Positions 25,437 to 34,266 of a stretch of DNA of 64,000 nt are shown here, one piece after another. The notes below the pieces were generated by a model, which was not told the DNA's origin, ran no database searches, and was given only the letters and a program-made list of their open reading frames with translations. Numbering within the stretch: the first letter of the stretch is position 1; every line of letters starts with the position of its first letter. This DNA is from Fibrobacterota bacterium (GTDB taxonomy: Bacteria > Fibrobacterota > Fibrobacteria > UBA5070), in NCBI GenBank assembly GCA_029557215.1, contig JAKPQQ010000242.1:1399-65398 (forward strand). The letters run 5' to 3'. Made by a program: the position numbers and the translations under genes.

Positions 25437-26510
25437 CTAACCCAGCAGCGCCATCGTCTTCACCTGGGCCCACACCCGCATCCCCGGCCGGATCCCCAGC
25501 ACATTCAGGGACCGGTGGGTCACCCGAGCCAGCAACGGAGAGCCCTCCAGGGAAAGGCGCACAAGCGCCTGGGCGGGGTGCGCATCCTGGATCACGTCCA
25601 TCACCTGGACGGAAAGGTGGTTCAGGATGCTGGTCCCGGTCTGCCTTTCCAGGGCCAGACTGACATCCCGCGCCAGGATCCGCACGCGGATCCTGGCGTC
25701 GTCCTCGCACGGGTGCTCGCGCACCAACAATTCCTGTCCACCGATCCGAAGACGCAGGAGATGGTCTTCCGGATCGCGCCCAGCGACCACCGCGTCGAAC
25801 ACGGAACAGGCGTCCTCGCCCAGGGTCAAGGGCAGGTCCTCGCGGCTCAGGACCTCCTGGATCGGACCGTCGGCGACCAGACGCCCGCCTCGCAGGACCA
25901 CCAGGTGCGAGGCCAGCTGGGCGACTTCGTCCGGCGAATGCGTCACGTAGAGGATCGGGATCCTCAGCTCCCGCTGCAAGGTCTTCAGGTACGGAAGCAC
26001 CTCCTTCTTCCGATCCTGGTCCAGGGCGGCGAGGGGCTCGTCCATCAGGAGGATCCTGGGGTTCACCGCCAGGGCCCTGGCGATGGCGACCCTCTGGCGC
26101 TCGCCGCCCGAAAGCCGCGACGGCCTCCGATCGAGCAACGCCCGGATCCCCAGGAGATCGACGAGCGGATCCAATGTCGGAAGACGCTCATCGGAAGCCA
26201 GCCGGCGCGTTCCATACAGCAGATTCTGGTTCACGGTCAGGTGCGGGAAGAGGTTCGCGTCCTGGAAGACGTATCCGATCCTTCGCTTGTGGGGCGCCAG
26301 CATGCGGGAGCCATCCTGCCAGATATCGTCGCCGATCCGCAGGAACCCTTCGCGGGCGGCTTCCAGCCCAGCCACCAGCCGAAGCAGCGTGGTCTTTCCG
26401 CATCCCGACGGCCCGAAGACGGCCGTCACGCCGGAGCCCGGAAGCGCGAGGGCCACGTCCAGATCGAACCCTTCGTAGGCGTGCCGGAAACGGAGCTCGA
26501 TGCCGTTCAA
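25437..26510 (-). CDS. modC: Molybdate ABC transporter ATP-binding protein ModC (with C-terminal TOBE/Mop domain)
   Basis: Walker A GPSGCGKTT, signature LSGGERQRVAIARAL, Walker B LLMDEPL. The C-terminal ~120 aa are a TOBE-like beta domain. Confidence 0.9.
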   Translation of the reverse strand: MNGIELRFRHAYEGFDLDVALALPGSGVTAVFGPSGCGKTTLLRLVAGLEAAREGFLRIGDDIWQDGSRMLAPHKRRIGYVFQDANLFPHLTVNQNLLYGTRRLASDERLPTLDPLVDLLGIRALLDRRPSRLSGGERQRVAIARALAVNPRILLMDEPLAALDQDRKKEVLPYLKTLQRELRIPILYVTHSPDEVAQLASHLVVLRGGRLVADGPIQEVLSREDLPLTLGEDACSVFDAVVAGRDPEDHLLRLRIGGQELLVREHPCEDDARIRVRILARDVSLALERQTGTSILNHLSVQVMDVIQDAHPAQALVRLSLEGSPLLARVTHRSLNVLGIRPGMRVWAQVKTMALLG

Positions 26511-27181
26511 GGCCCGACTCCGCGCAGACGCAGGCGCTGCATCAGGAACAGCACCGCGAACGAGAACGCGAGGAGAACTCCCGCCAACGCGTGCGCCCGA
26601 CCGTATTCGAACGCCTCCACATGGTCGTAGATCTGCACCGAAACCACCCGGCTCACTTCGGGGATGTTCCCGCCCAGCATCAGCACCACCCCGAACTCAC
26701 CCACCGTATGGGTGAAGGTCATGACGCCCGCCGTCGCGATCCCCGGCGCCGCCAGCGGAAGCGCGACCGTGAGGAAGCGATCCAGCGGCGAGGCCCGAAG
26801 AGTGGCCGCGGCTTCCATCGGTCCGGCTCCGACCGCCTCGAAGGAGGCCTGGAGAGGCTGGACCATGAACGGAAGCGAATAAAGGACCGACGCCACGACC
26901 AGACCCGGGAACGTGAACGGCAGGATGCCGATCCCGATCCATTGGGTGAACGCTCCGATCGGCCCCGAAGCGCCCATCGCCATGAGCAGATAGAACCCGA
27001 GCACGGACGGCGGAAGGACCAGGGGAACGGCCACCACCGCGGCGACCGCGTTGCGCAACATGCCGCGGGAACGCGACAACCACCAGGCGATCGGAGTGCC
27101 CACCACGAACAGGATCGCCGTCGTGGTGGAGGCGAGCCGCAACGTGAGCCGGATGGCTCCCCAATCCTCGCTGGTCAGCAT
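26507..27181 (-). CDS. modB: Molybdate ABC transporter permease ModB
   Basis: 224-aa, ~5-6 TM permease with an EAA-like loop (EAAATLRASPLDRFLTVALPLA). It overlaps modC by 4 nt. Confidence 0.9.
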   Translation of the reverse strand: MLTSEDWGAIRLTLRLASTTTAILFVVGTPIAWWLSRSRGMLRNAVAAVVAVPLVLPPSVLGFYLLMAMGASGPIGAFTQWIGIGILPFTFPGLVVASVLYSLPFMVQPLQASFEAVGAGPMEAAATLRASPLDRFLTVALPLAAPGIATAGVMTFTHTVGEFGVVLMLGGNIPEVSRVVSVQIYDHVEAFEYGRAHALAGVLLAFSFAVLFLMQRLRLRGVGP

Positions 27182-27184
27182 TTG

Positions 27185-27937
27185 TCAATCCTTGGGTAGC
27201 GCGAATCCGTACCGCTCGAAGATCCTCCGAGCCTGCGGCTGGAACAGGTAATCGACGAACTGGGCGGCCAGGGTGTTCTTTTCCGCGCGTTTCATCACCA
27301 CCAAGGCTTGCTCCAGCGGACTGTGCAGACTGTCGGGGATGAGGCCGTATCCCTGCCCCGCGAAGGCCGGACTCTTGACCAGCGACAAGGCGAGGATCCC
27401 CACGGGCGCGCTGCCGCTCTGGACGAACTGGGCCGCCTGGGCGATGTTCTCCCCCATCACCAGACGCGGCTGGACCTTTTCCCAGATGCCCGCGTGTCGG
27501 AGCGCCTCTTCGGCACGCCTGCCGTAGGGGGCGTGCAACGGGTTGGCGATCGCGATCTTGGTGAAGCGTGGATCTCCAAGATCGCGAAGGTCGAGCGTCG
27601 AAGCATCCTCTTTCGAACTCCAAAGGACCATGCGCCCCAGTGCGTAGAGGCGGGGTTTGCCGGAGGTCAGTCCCGCTTCCACGAGATTGTTCGGATATTC
27701 CACGTCGGCGGAGAAATACAGGTCGAAGGGCGCCCCTTGCTTGAGCTGGGTGAACGCCTTGCCCGAAGACCCGTAGGCGACCTGGATGTCGGCGTCCGGG
27801 CGCGATTTCTTGAAGTCCTGGACCAGAAGGTCCAGACAGAACTTCAAATCCGCCGCCGCGGTGATGGCCAGCTTCGGGGACTCGGCGAAGACCGTCCCTG
27901 CCACGACGAACAAGGTGAACAAGGCTCTGGTGATCAT
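27185..27937 (-). CDS. modA: Molybdate-binding periplasmic protein ModA
   Basis: Signal peptide MITRALFTLFVVAGTVFA. ModA pattern (AYGSSGKAFTQLKQGAPFDLYFSAD...IANPLHAPYG). Confidence 0.9.
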   Translation of the reverse strand: MITRALFTLFVVAGTVFAESPKLAITAAADLKFCLDLLVQDFKKSRPDADIQVAYGSSGKAFTQLKQGAPFDLYFSADVEYPNNLVEAGLTSGKPRLYALGRMVLWSSKEDASTLDLRDLGDPRFTKIAIANPLHAPYGRRAEEALRHAGIWEKVQPRLVMGENIAQAAQFVQSGSAPVGILALSLVKSPAFAGQGYGLIPDSLHSPLEQALVVMKRAEKNTLAAQFVDYLFQPQARRIFERYGFALPKD

Positions 27938-28140
27938 CTCGACTCCTTCATCTCTCGAGGCATCCGCTTTCGTGGAGGTTTTCCCGTCAAAGCGAAACGT
28001 TCATCACGCCGCTGTTTCGCAACAGGGGTGCCAAGACGGAATATCGGATGGTTCCCAGAGCGCAAGAATAGCCGATTCCCGTTCCCGTGGCGTCGGGGAA
28101 ATCCCCTGGTCGACCGTCGCGGATCCATTCCTTCGCGACC

Positions 28141-29302
28141 TCAACCGATCCAATACCCCATCCCCGCGCACCCCAAGGCGACGACCCACGGCGGCCACCG
28201 CGCGAAGACGATCGCCACGAGGGCCGCGGCGCAGACCCCCCCCCTCCCGCCAGTTTCCGACACCCGCCGGTGCGACGTGGAAGACAAGCGCCGCCAGCAG
28301 GATGCCGACCACCGCCGCGTTGATCCCGAGCAAGGACTTCCGGAACACACGCCATCTTCCCAGGCGGTCCCAGATGGGCTGCGCCCCGATCGCCAGAAGG
28401 GAGCCCGGCAGGAAGATCGCGACGGTGGCGATCGCCGCACCGGCCCAACCACCTTGCGAGGCCCCGAGCCACGCCGCGAGATTGAACAACGGTCCCGGCA
28501 TGCCCTGCGCCAGGCCGTACCCCGCCAGGAAGACGGATTCCGGCATCCCCGACGGCGCCACCACCTCGGCCTGCAGGAGCGGGAGCACCACGTGTCCGCC
28601 CCCGAACACCATCGACCCGGATCGGAAGACGCCCGCGGCGAGGCCTGCCAGTCCCCCGCTCCCGCGCAGCAGGAAGGCGACCGCGAGCAGCGCAACGAAT
28701 CCTGTCAAGCACAGGGTCTCGCGCTTGCGCGAACCGATCGATCGGGCCTGGGCCGGCTCTTCTCCCGCTGCCAGGAACACCCCCGCCATCGCGCCGATGG
28801 CGATCGCGACGAGCTGTCCCGCCCCCCCGCCGATCCAGCAGACCGCCGCGGCCACCAGCACCACGACCCTGCGCCCGGTGTCGGGGGCCAAGGACCGCGC
28901 CATGCTCCAGACCGCATGCGCGACCACCGCCACCGCGAAAGCCTGGAGCCCCCGGATCCAATCCGACAAGCCACCGGATCCCTTCCAGGCCATCGCCATC
29001 GCCGCCATGGCCACCGCTCCCGGCAGCGTGAACCCGAGCCAGGCGGCCATCGCACCCAGCCAACCGCCCCGCTCCTTGCCCGCAAGCAGCGCCACCTGCG
29101 ACGAACTCGGGCCGGGCAGCGCCTGGCAGAACGCCACCAGTTCGGCGTAGCGGGCGTCCGTCAGCCAACCACGCTTTTCCACGAACTCCACGCGGAACAG
29201 CGCCAGATGCGCCGACGGCCCCCCGAAGGAAGTCGCTCCCAACCGCAGGAACACTCCCAGAAGACGCCAGAATCCGTCAGTATCCTTGTCGGACGAAGCC
29301 AT
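28141..29302 (-). pseudogene. chrA: Chromate transporter ChrA interrupted by a frameshift at a C9/G9 homopolymer
   Basis: Frame A (from Met 29302, MASSDKDTDGFWRLLGVFLRLGATSFGGPSAHLALF...) carries both CHR halves. After about 28250-28258 (gacccccccccTccc) it becomes Arg/Gly junk. Frame B supplies a plausible hydrophobic ChrA C-terminus (VCAAALVAIVFARWPPWVVALGCAGMGYWIG*) ending at 28141. Confidence 0.65.
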
Positions 29303-29499
29303 GGCGATGGATTGTAGCAACAAGTCCGCCGAACCCTGTCGAATTCCGCCCGCACCGATCGCGCAATGGTGTCGATGCATGATTGACAGATCTGACAGTC
29401 CTGCGCAATTGCGGACAATTCAGGCGTTCCGCCTACCCTTTGCCCCCACCCACCGAATCTGGCATCCGCTGGTTGGGAACCAATCCAGCGGCGGCGACC

Positions 29500-31800
29500 T
29501 CAACGAATCTCGCTGATCCGATCGAACTGCACCCACATTTCGCGCAAGGTCAGCTTCCTGCTGTTGAACGATCCACTACCGCCCTTGATGGTGCCGTGGG
29601 GATACAGGATCCCGAGCTTCTGCTGGATGTCGTCGATCACGTCCTGGTCGCGGATCAACTTGAGTTCGGAACCGTTGCCGATGATGGACGAACTGGCTCC
29701 GGCAAGGTAGAGCGAGCCGTGCATTTCAGCCCCGGGCGGCCATTTGTGGTTTCCGGCCCATTGCTTTTCGTAGTGGATGTAGCCGTAGAACGGACCGCGA
29801 CTCCCGAAATTGTTGCCCAGGTCGCCGTCGCGCACGAACAGCACCTGGATGTTGTCGGATGTGGCCGACGGAGGCCAGCCCATGTTGGTCGTGAGGTTCG
29901 CGTCCCAGACCAGGAGACACTTTCCGGTGAACGACACGCCGTCGTCGGACATTGATGTGTTTTCGTTCATGCGTACGACCATGTAGCCGTTGTGCAGATA
30001 GCCCTGTGTCTGGTACCAGTTGAACAATTTGTTGAGGGATGCGCCGTCCAGCGCCGTGGTCACCCCCGCGAGGCTCTTCACCACCGAGAAATCGCGCATG
30101 GCCACTTCCACGGGTCCCGCCAGGATCACCGTGTCGGGAGGATTGTCGATCAGCGTCACCAGGGTGTCCTGGGCGGTGAAGCCAAGACTTGTCAAACCCA
30201 GCCACGGCGCCCACGGCGACAGCGTGGGGAATCCGACGCTGCCGGTCCTCCAAGGGCCTCCCGAACCGGTCGATCCGGAATTGCCGGTCGCCGAATTGGC
30301 CACCAGCGGCGAATAGGTGGTGACCTCCGACGAACTCTGGTAGGACCAGGTGCGCGGCGCCAAGGCGGGATCGAACTGCCACCGGCTGTATCCGCTGGTC
30401 GATCTCCCGAAATTGGCCCCCAGCATCCCGTTCATGGCCAGCGTGGTCCCCAGCTGCAGATATCCAGAATTGAACCCCAACTGGCCGGTCGGACAGTTGA
30501 TCCACGCTTCCCCGTCGATCCGGATCCCCGGAGATCCGCTCACCGAAGCCACGCAGTTGTCGAACCGCGAGCTTCCCTGGATCCGCAACTTGCCGCTGGT
30601 CTGGCTCATCGCGGGCTGCACGTAGGCATCGCCGCCCACGCGCATGCCCGTCGCCTCGAAATTCGGGGCGCTGGTTCCTCGCGCGGCGAGGTTTCGGCCC
30701 ACCACCAGCGTGTCGCCGTCCAGGAGCGACGATGTGGGACCGTCGATCTCCAGATTGCCCGCCACCAGGTGCGACTTGCCGCTGGGGAATTCCACCCCTT
30801 TGGGGAAGTAGGCGTTGCCGGCCACCGTGTTGTCGCCGCCGGGCCGGAACTTCATGTCGCGCACCAGAAGCTGTCCACCCACGGTCAGGTAGGACTTCGC
30901 GTTCCAGCCCTGCAGCTCGGTGCCGTACACGTTCAAGGCGCCCCCGATGACGATGGGAGCGTTGACGTTCCCGAACCCGCCACCCACACCGGTGTTGCCG
31001 TTTATGGTCATGGTTCCGCCAGCCGCGTTCTCGATGTAGCCGCCGATGTAGGCCTTGCCCGTCACCGTCACCGGCGCCGAAGTCTTGTAGTTTCCCTGGG
31101 TCCGGAGGTTCCCGTCGATCGTGATGGACACCGATGCGTTGAGGTGGTTGTTCCCACCCACGTAGACGTTCCCGCTGATGTTGGTCGCGATGGTGGAGTT
31201 GCCCATGCTGCCGTTGATGTACAGCGCGTAGCTGTCGACCGTCGCGGGCGGAACGTTGATGGCCGCGACCTCCACGCCGCGCATGCGGTAGGTTCCCACC
31301 ACGGTCTGTCGATCGCCGCTGCGTCCGATCCCGTTGGATTCCAGCGCCAGGTCGATGTACCCCGGCGATCCGAACGCTCCGCCCGGATCGATCCCCAGCA
31401 GCCTCACGCGGAACCCCGAGCCGTCGTCGCCGATGTTTTCGTAACCGGGCCGGTCGTCCTCCAGCCGGAACGAATCGGCCACCGGCACGAACCAGGCGTG
31501 CGGCGTCGTGGTGACGCTGTCGTCCAGGAAGATCTGGAGCTGGCGCACGGTGTTCTGCGGATTGTTCCGCATGCGGGCCAGGGCGTCGCGCAGACCGCTG
31601 CGGGCGGCGCTCTCCTTGGTGCGCATGTCCAGGAAGGATCCCGCGATGAACGAATCGCCTTGGGTCACCGCCAGGATCCCGATGCCGCCCATGGTCACGA
31701 GCACGATCACCGCCAGCATGACCATCATCGTGGTCATGCCGCGCCGGACGGCGACGCGACGACGCACGCCCATCCTTGCTCCGGAAAGTTCAGAATCCAT
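29500..31800 (-). CDS. PilX-N-terminal-domain protein with a large beta-helix-like body (type IV pilus-associated, putative tip/adhesin component)
   Basis: N-terminus RRGMTTMMVMLAVIVLVTMGGIGILAVTQ is like the PilX_N hydrophobic segment. The centre has many Gly/Asn-rich short repeats (NISGNVYVGGNNHLNASVSITIDGNL..., TVTGKAYIGGYIEN...). It overlaps the pilW-like gene end by 11 nt. Confidence 0.62.
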   Translation of the reverse strand: MDSELSGARMGVRRRVAVRRGMTTMMVMLAVIVLVTMGGIGILAVTQGDSFIAGSFLDMRTKESAARSGLRDALARMRNNPQNTVRQLQIFLDDSVTTTPHAWFVPVADSFRLEDDRPGYENIGDDGSGFRVRLLGIDPGGAFGSPGYIDLALESNGIGRSGDRQTVVGTYRMRGVEVAAINVPPATVDSYALYINGSMGNSTIATNISGNVYVGGNNHLNASVSITIDGNLRTQGNYKTSAPVTVTGKAYIGGYIENAAGGTMTINGNTGVGGGFGNVNAPIVIGGALNVYGTELQGWNAKSYLTVGGQLLVRDMKFRPGGDNTVAGNAYFPKGVEFPSGKSHLVAGNLEIDGPTSSLLDGDTLVVGRNLAARGTSAPNFEATGMRVGGDAYVQPAMSQTSGKLRIQGSSRFDNCVASVSGSPGIRIDGEAWINCPTGQLGFNSGYLQLGTTLAMNGMLGANFGRSTSGYSRWQFDPALAPRTWSYQSSSEVTTYSPLVANSATGNSGSTGSGGPWRTGSVGFPTLSPWAPWLGLTSLGFTAQDTLVTLIDNPPDTVILAGPVEVAMRDFSVVKSLAGVTTALDGASLNKLFNWYQTQGYLHNGYMVVRMNENTSMSDDGVSFTGKCLLVWDANLTTNMGWPPSATSDNIQVLFVRDGDLGNNFGSRGPFYGYIHYEKQWAGNHKWPPGAEMHGSLYLAGASSSIIGNGSELKLIRDQDVIDDIQQKLGILYPHGTIKGGSGSFNSRKLTLREMWVQFDRISEIR

Positions 31801-33001
31801 GGTTCACCACCGGAACGATGCGCTGGAAGAACGCGTACCCCTTGCGCGCGTCCGATCCGAACAGGTTCAAGCCGGGCAGATCCCCCACCCCCGCAAACGC
31901 CCACGGCGCGTTGCCCGTGACTTCCCGCTCGGTGCGGGTGATCACCGAGAGCTTCACCGCCTGGACTCGCTTCTTCTGGGCCTTGGTGGGGTCGCTCAGC
32001 CATCGGTATTGGGTCAGGCTCCGTTGGGACACCCGGACCTTGGAGATCGACAACGCCGCGGCCATGCTCGGCTGCTGGAGGCGCGAGAGGATCACGACCC
32101 TCGCCGATGACAGATTCTGGGTCGCCCCGATGTCCACGATCGCGGTGCGTCCGCTGGACGTCCCGGTCCAGACCCTGGTGGTGTCCACGAGATTCCCGCC
32201 GTCCAGGAATCCCACGACAAGGCTCCTGGCCCCGCGCGTGGTGTCGGCGAAGGAATCGTTGGGGGTCAGGTTCATCTGGATGCGGTAGGTGCTCCCCCGT
32301 TCGATGTCCCTGGTGGCGTGGGTCGCCACTCCCAGCACGGTGGCGTTGGACCAGCCCCCGAAGGTGGTGGTGTCGCCCGATCGGGCGATGCTCCCAACAG
32401 GCCCCCACCAGGTGGCGGTGGAATCCCAAAGCGTGGAATCCACGCCCAACAGACCGTATTCGATCTGGAACGCCACGACGCTGCGGCAGATGGGGACTTC
32501 GGCGGCGGTCGCGATATCGGCGAACTGCTGGGTCTCGGAGCGCACCAGGACGGAATCCGACGTGCGCAGCTTGTAGCGCACCACCTGCAGACTGGTCGGG
32601 GCGCAGGTCAACTTCCCCGTGCCGTCCGGCTTGTACTGGGCGAACGTGATTTCGTCGCCGGGATCCGTCCAGTCCGACTTGTTCACGTGCAGGAAACTCG
32701 CCGAATCGCCGCTGGTCGGGTCGGCGTAGGCGTGCGGGCAATGGACCGTGGCCAGGATCCGGCTGGAATACATGTTCGACACGCGAAGCCCCAGGTTCCT
32801 GAGGTCGTGTTCCAGCATCCTTGTGGCTTCGCGGGTTTCGGACTGCAGCTCCACGCTGCTGCTGACGCGCAGAAAATCGCCTCGCGAACCCTGCAGGAGC
32901 ATGAACGCGAACCCGACCACGATCGTGGAAAGCGAAAGCGCGACGATGAGTTCGACCATCGTGTAGCCCAGGCTCTCCCGCTTGGCGCCGCCGCGCATCA
33001 T
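31790..33001 (-). CDS. PilW-like type IV minor pilin
   Basis: Prepilin-type N-terminal motif LGYTMVELIVALSLSTIVVGFAF from Met 33001. 403 aa. Part of the minor-pilin gene string. Confidence 0.7.
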   Translation of the reverse strand: MMRGGAKRESLGYTMVELIVALSLSTIVVGFAFMLLQGSRGDFLRVSSSVELQSETREATRMLEHDLRNLGLRVSNMYSSRILATVHCPHAYADPTSGDSASFLHVNKSDWTDPGDEITFAQYKPDGTGKLTCAPTSLQVVRYKLRTSDSVLVRSETQQFADIATAAEVPICRSVVAFQIEYGLLGVDSTLWDSTATWWGPVGSIARSGDTTTFGGWSNATVLGVATHATRDIERGSTYRIQMNLTPNDSFADTTRGARSLVVGFLDGGNLVDTTRVWTGTSSGRTAIVDIGATQNLSSARVVILSRLQQPSMAAALSISKVRVSQRSLTQYRWLSDPTKAQKKRVQAVKLSVITRTEREVTGNAPWAFAGVGDLPGLNLFGSDARKGYAFFQRIVPVVNHGF

Positions 33002-33366
33002 GGCACTTCCCCCGCGACGACGATCGAATGCGGCGTATTGCCCTGCTTCCAGGCGACGGTCACGCGCACGACTCCGGCGTGGCGTCCCACCGGAGTGTAG
33101 GTCCAGGAAGCATCGTACATGCGGATCGGCCCCTGCACGGTCTTGGACTTGGGGGTTCCCTGCTCCACCATGAAAGCCGGCGTCAAGGCAAGCGAATCGA
33201 TCACCGCTTGCGCCGCGGCCGTGGCGTTTTCCAGTTCGTTGGCGGCCACCTGGACCTTCTTGGACGTCGTCGAAAACCCGATCACCATCGGAATCGCAAG
33301 ACTGAGGATGATCAAGGCCACGATGACCTCGACGATGCCCACGCCGCGTGTGGAAGAACGTTTCAT
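32998..33366 (-). CDS. PilV-like type IV minor pilin
   Basis: MKRSSTRGVGIVEVIVALIILSLAIP is a prepilin N-terminal methylation-type motif. 122 aa. Start/stop overlaps with both neighbours. Confidence 0.7.
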   Translation of the reverse strand: MKRSSTRGVGIVEVIVALIILSLAIPMVIGFSTTSKKVQVAANELENATAAAQAVIDSLALTPAFMVEQGTPKSKTVQGPIRMYDASWTYTPVGRHAGVVRVTVAWKQGNTPHSIVVAGEVP

Positions 33367-34025
33367 CGTTCGGCCCAGCTTCCTCGCCAGCCGTAGCGCG
33401 AAAGGCGGAAGCTCGACTGGTCGTCGTAGACGATCGCCTCGACCAGATCGGGATAGCTCTTCGAAGTGAGATAGGCCACGCCCGCCTCCATGTCGGCCGT
33501 GCTGCCACCGCAAAAGGCCACGACGCGACGCCAGCTTCCCTGTCCCGACACCAGGCTGTCGTCGCGACAGGATTCGTTCGGGAATCCGAGCCCCAGGCCG
33601 TCGGCGGGAAGATCGAGAGTCGGCGATCCGGGCGCCACCGGAATCGACGAAGTCACGCCGAATCTCACCGTCGGATCCAGTTTCGCACGCTTCAGAAGGC
33701 TGTCGTCCTCGTCGCTGAACCGGTTGTTGACGGGATCGCTGTTTTCCATGAAGATCTCGTAGCCGGAAGTATCCGAACCCGGAAGAAACCGCAGATAGTG
33801 CTTCATGCCCGATTTGGTGGCCGCGAGCTTGGTCCACTCGACGTCCTTGGCCATGATCTGGGCGGCGGTTTCCAACCGGCTCGTGGCCGTGAAGCGCATG
33901 AACCGCGGCACGGCCATGGCCGAAACGATGCCGACGATCGCGATGACCGTCAGCACTTCCGGCAGGGTGACACCCCGTCGGGCTCCATGGGAGAAGCGGT
34001 TCCTTATGGTGGTTGCCTGATGCAT
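33363..34025 (-). CDS. FimT/GspH-like pseudopilin
   Basis: From Met 34025: MHQATTIRNRFSHGARRGVTLPEVLTVIAIVGIVSAMAVPRF. This gives a prepilin motif plus a GspH-like body. Confidence 0.7.
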   Translation of the reverse strand: MHQATTIRNRFSHGARRGVTLPEVLTVIAIVGIVSAMAVPRFMRFTATSRLETAAQIMAKDVEWTKLAATKSGMKHYLRFLPGSDTSGYEIFMENSDPVNNRFSDEDDSLLKRAKLDPTVRFGVTSSIPVAPGSPTLDLPADGLGLGFPNESCRDDSLVSGQGSWRRVVAFCGGSTADMEAGVAYLTSKSYPDLVEAIVYDDQSSFRLSRYGWRGSWAER

Positions 34026-34170
34026 GATGGCTCTTTCGAGCGTACCATTCGCCACCAGGCATTTCCGCAATCAAATGACCGCGCTCGGCAAATAACACTC
34101 GCCGCGATCGGTCGGTTTCTCCGGGACATATCGCAGGATTCGAATCCACGACCCGCCACCTGTTCCGCGG

Positions 34171-34201
34171 AAAAACAAAACCCCGCAGCGCCGCTGCGAG
34201 G
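34171..34201 (-). terminator. Rho-independent terminator after the 761-aa lipoprotein gene
   Basis: The minus strand reads CCTCGCAGC-GGC-GCTGCGGGG (9-bp stem) followed by TTTTGTTTTT, ~65 nt after the stop at 34267. Confidence 0.65.
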
Positions 34202-34266
34202 TTCGTTCTCCCTCCTTTGGAGTCAGCCCCCCGGGAGCCTACCCGGGATCGGCGACTCGATTCGTT

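Noticed and set aside
28004-28255. C-terminal ~85 codons of the 458-aa chrA-frame ORF
   Set aside because: After the C9 tract this frame turns into Arg/Gly-rich non-membrane sequence. The alternative frame gives a hydrophobic ChrA-like end, so I interpret this as a frameshift rather than a real extension.
29381-29413. TGACAG-ATC-TGACAG direct repeat and CGCAATTGCG palindrome upstream of chrA
   Set aside because: These are real sequence features but short (6 and 10 bp), and they sit in front of a gene that appears frameshifted. That is insufficient to propose a specific regulator, so I note them only as possible operator remnants.
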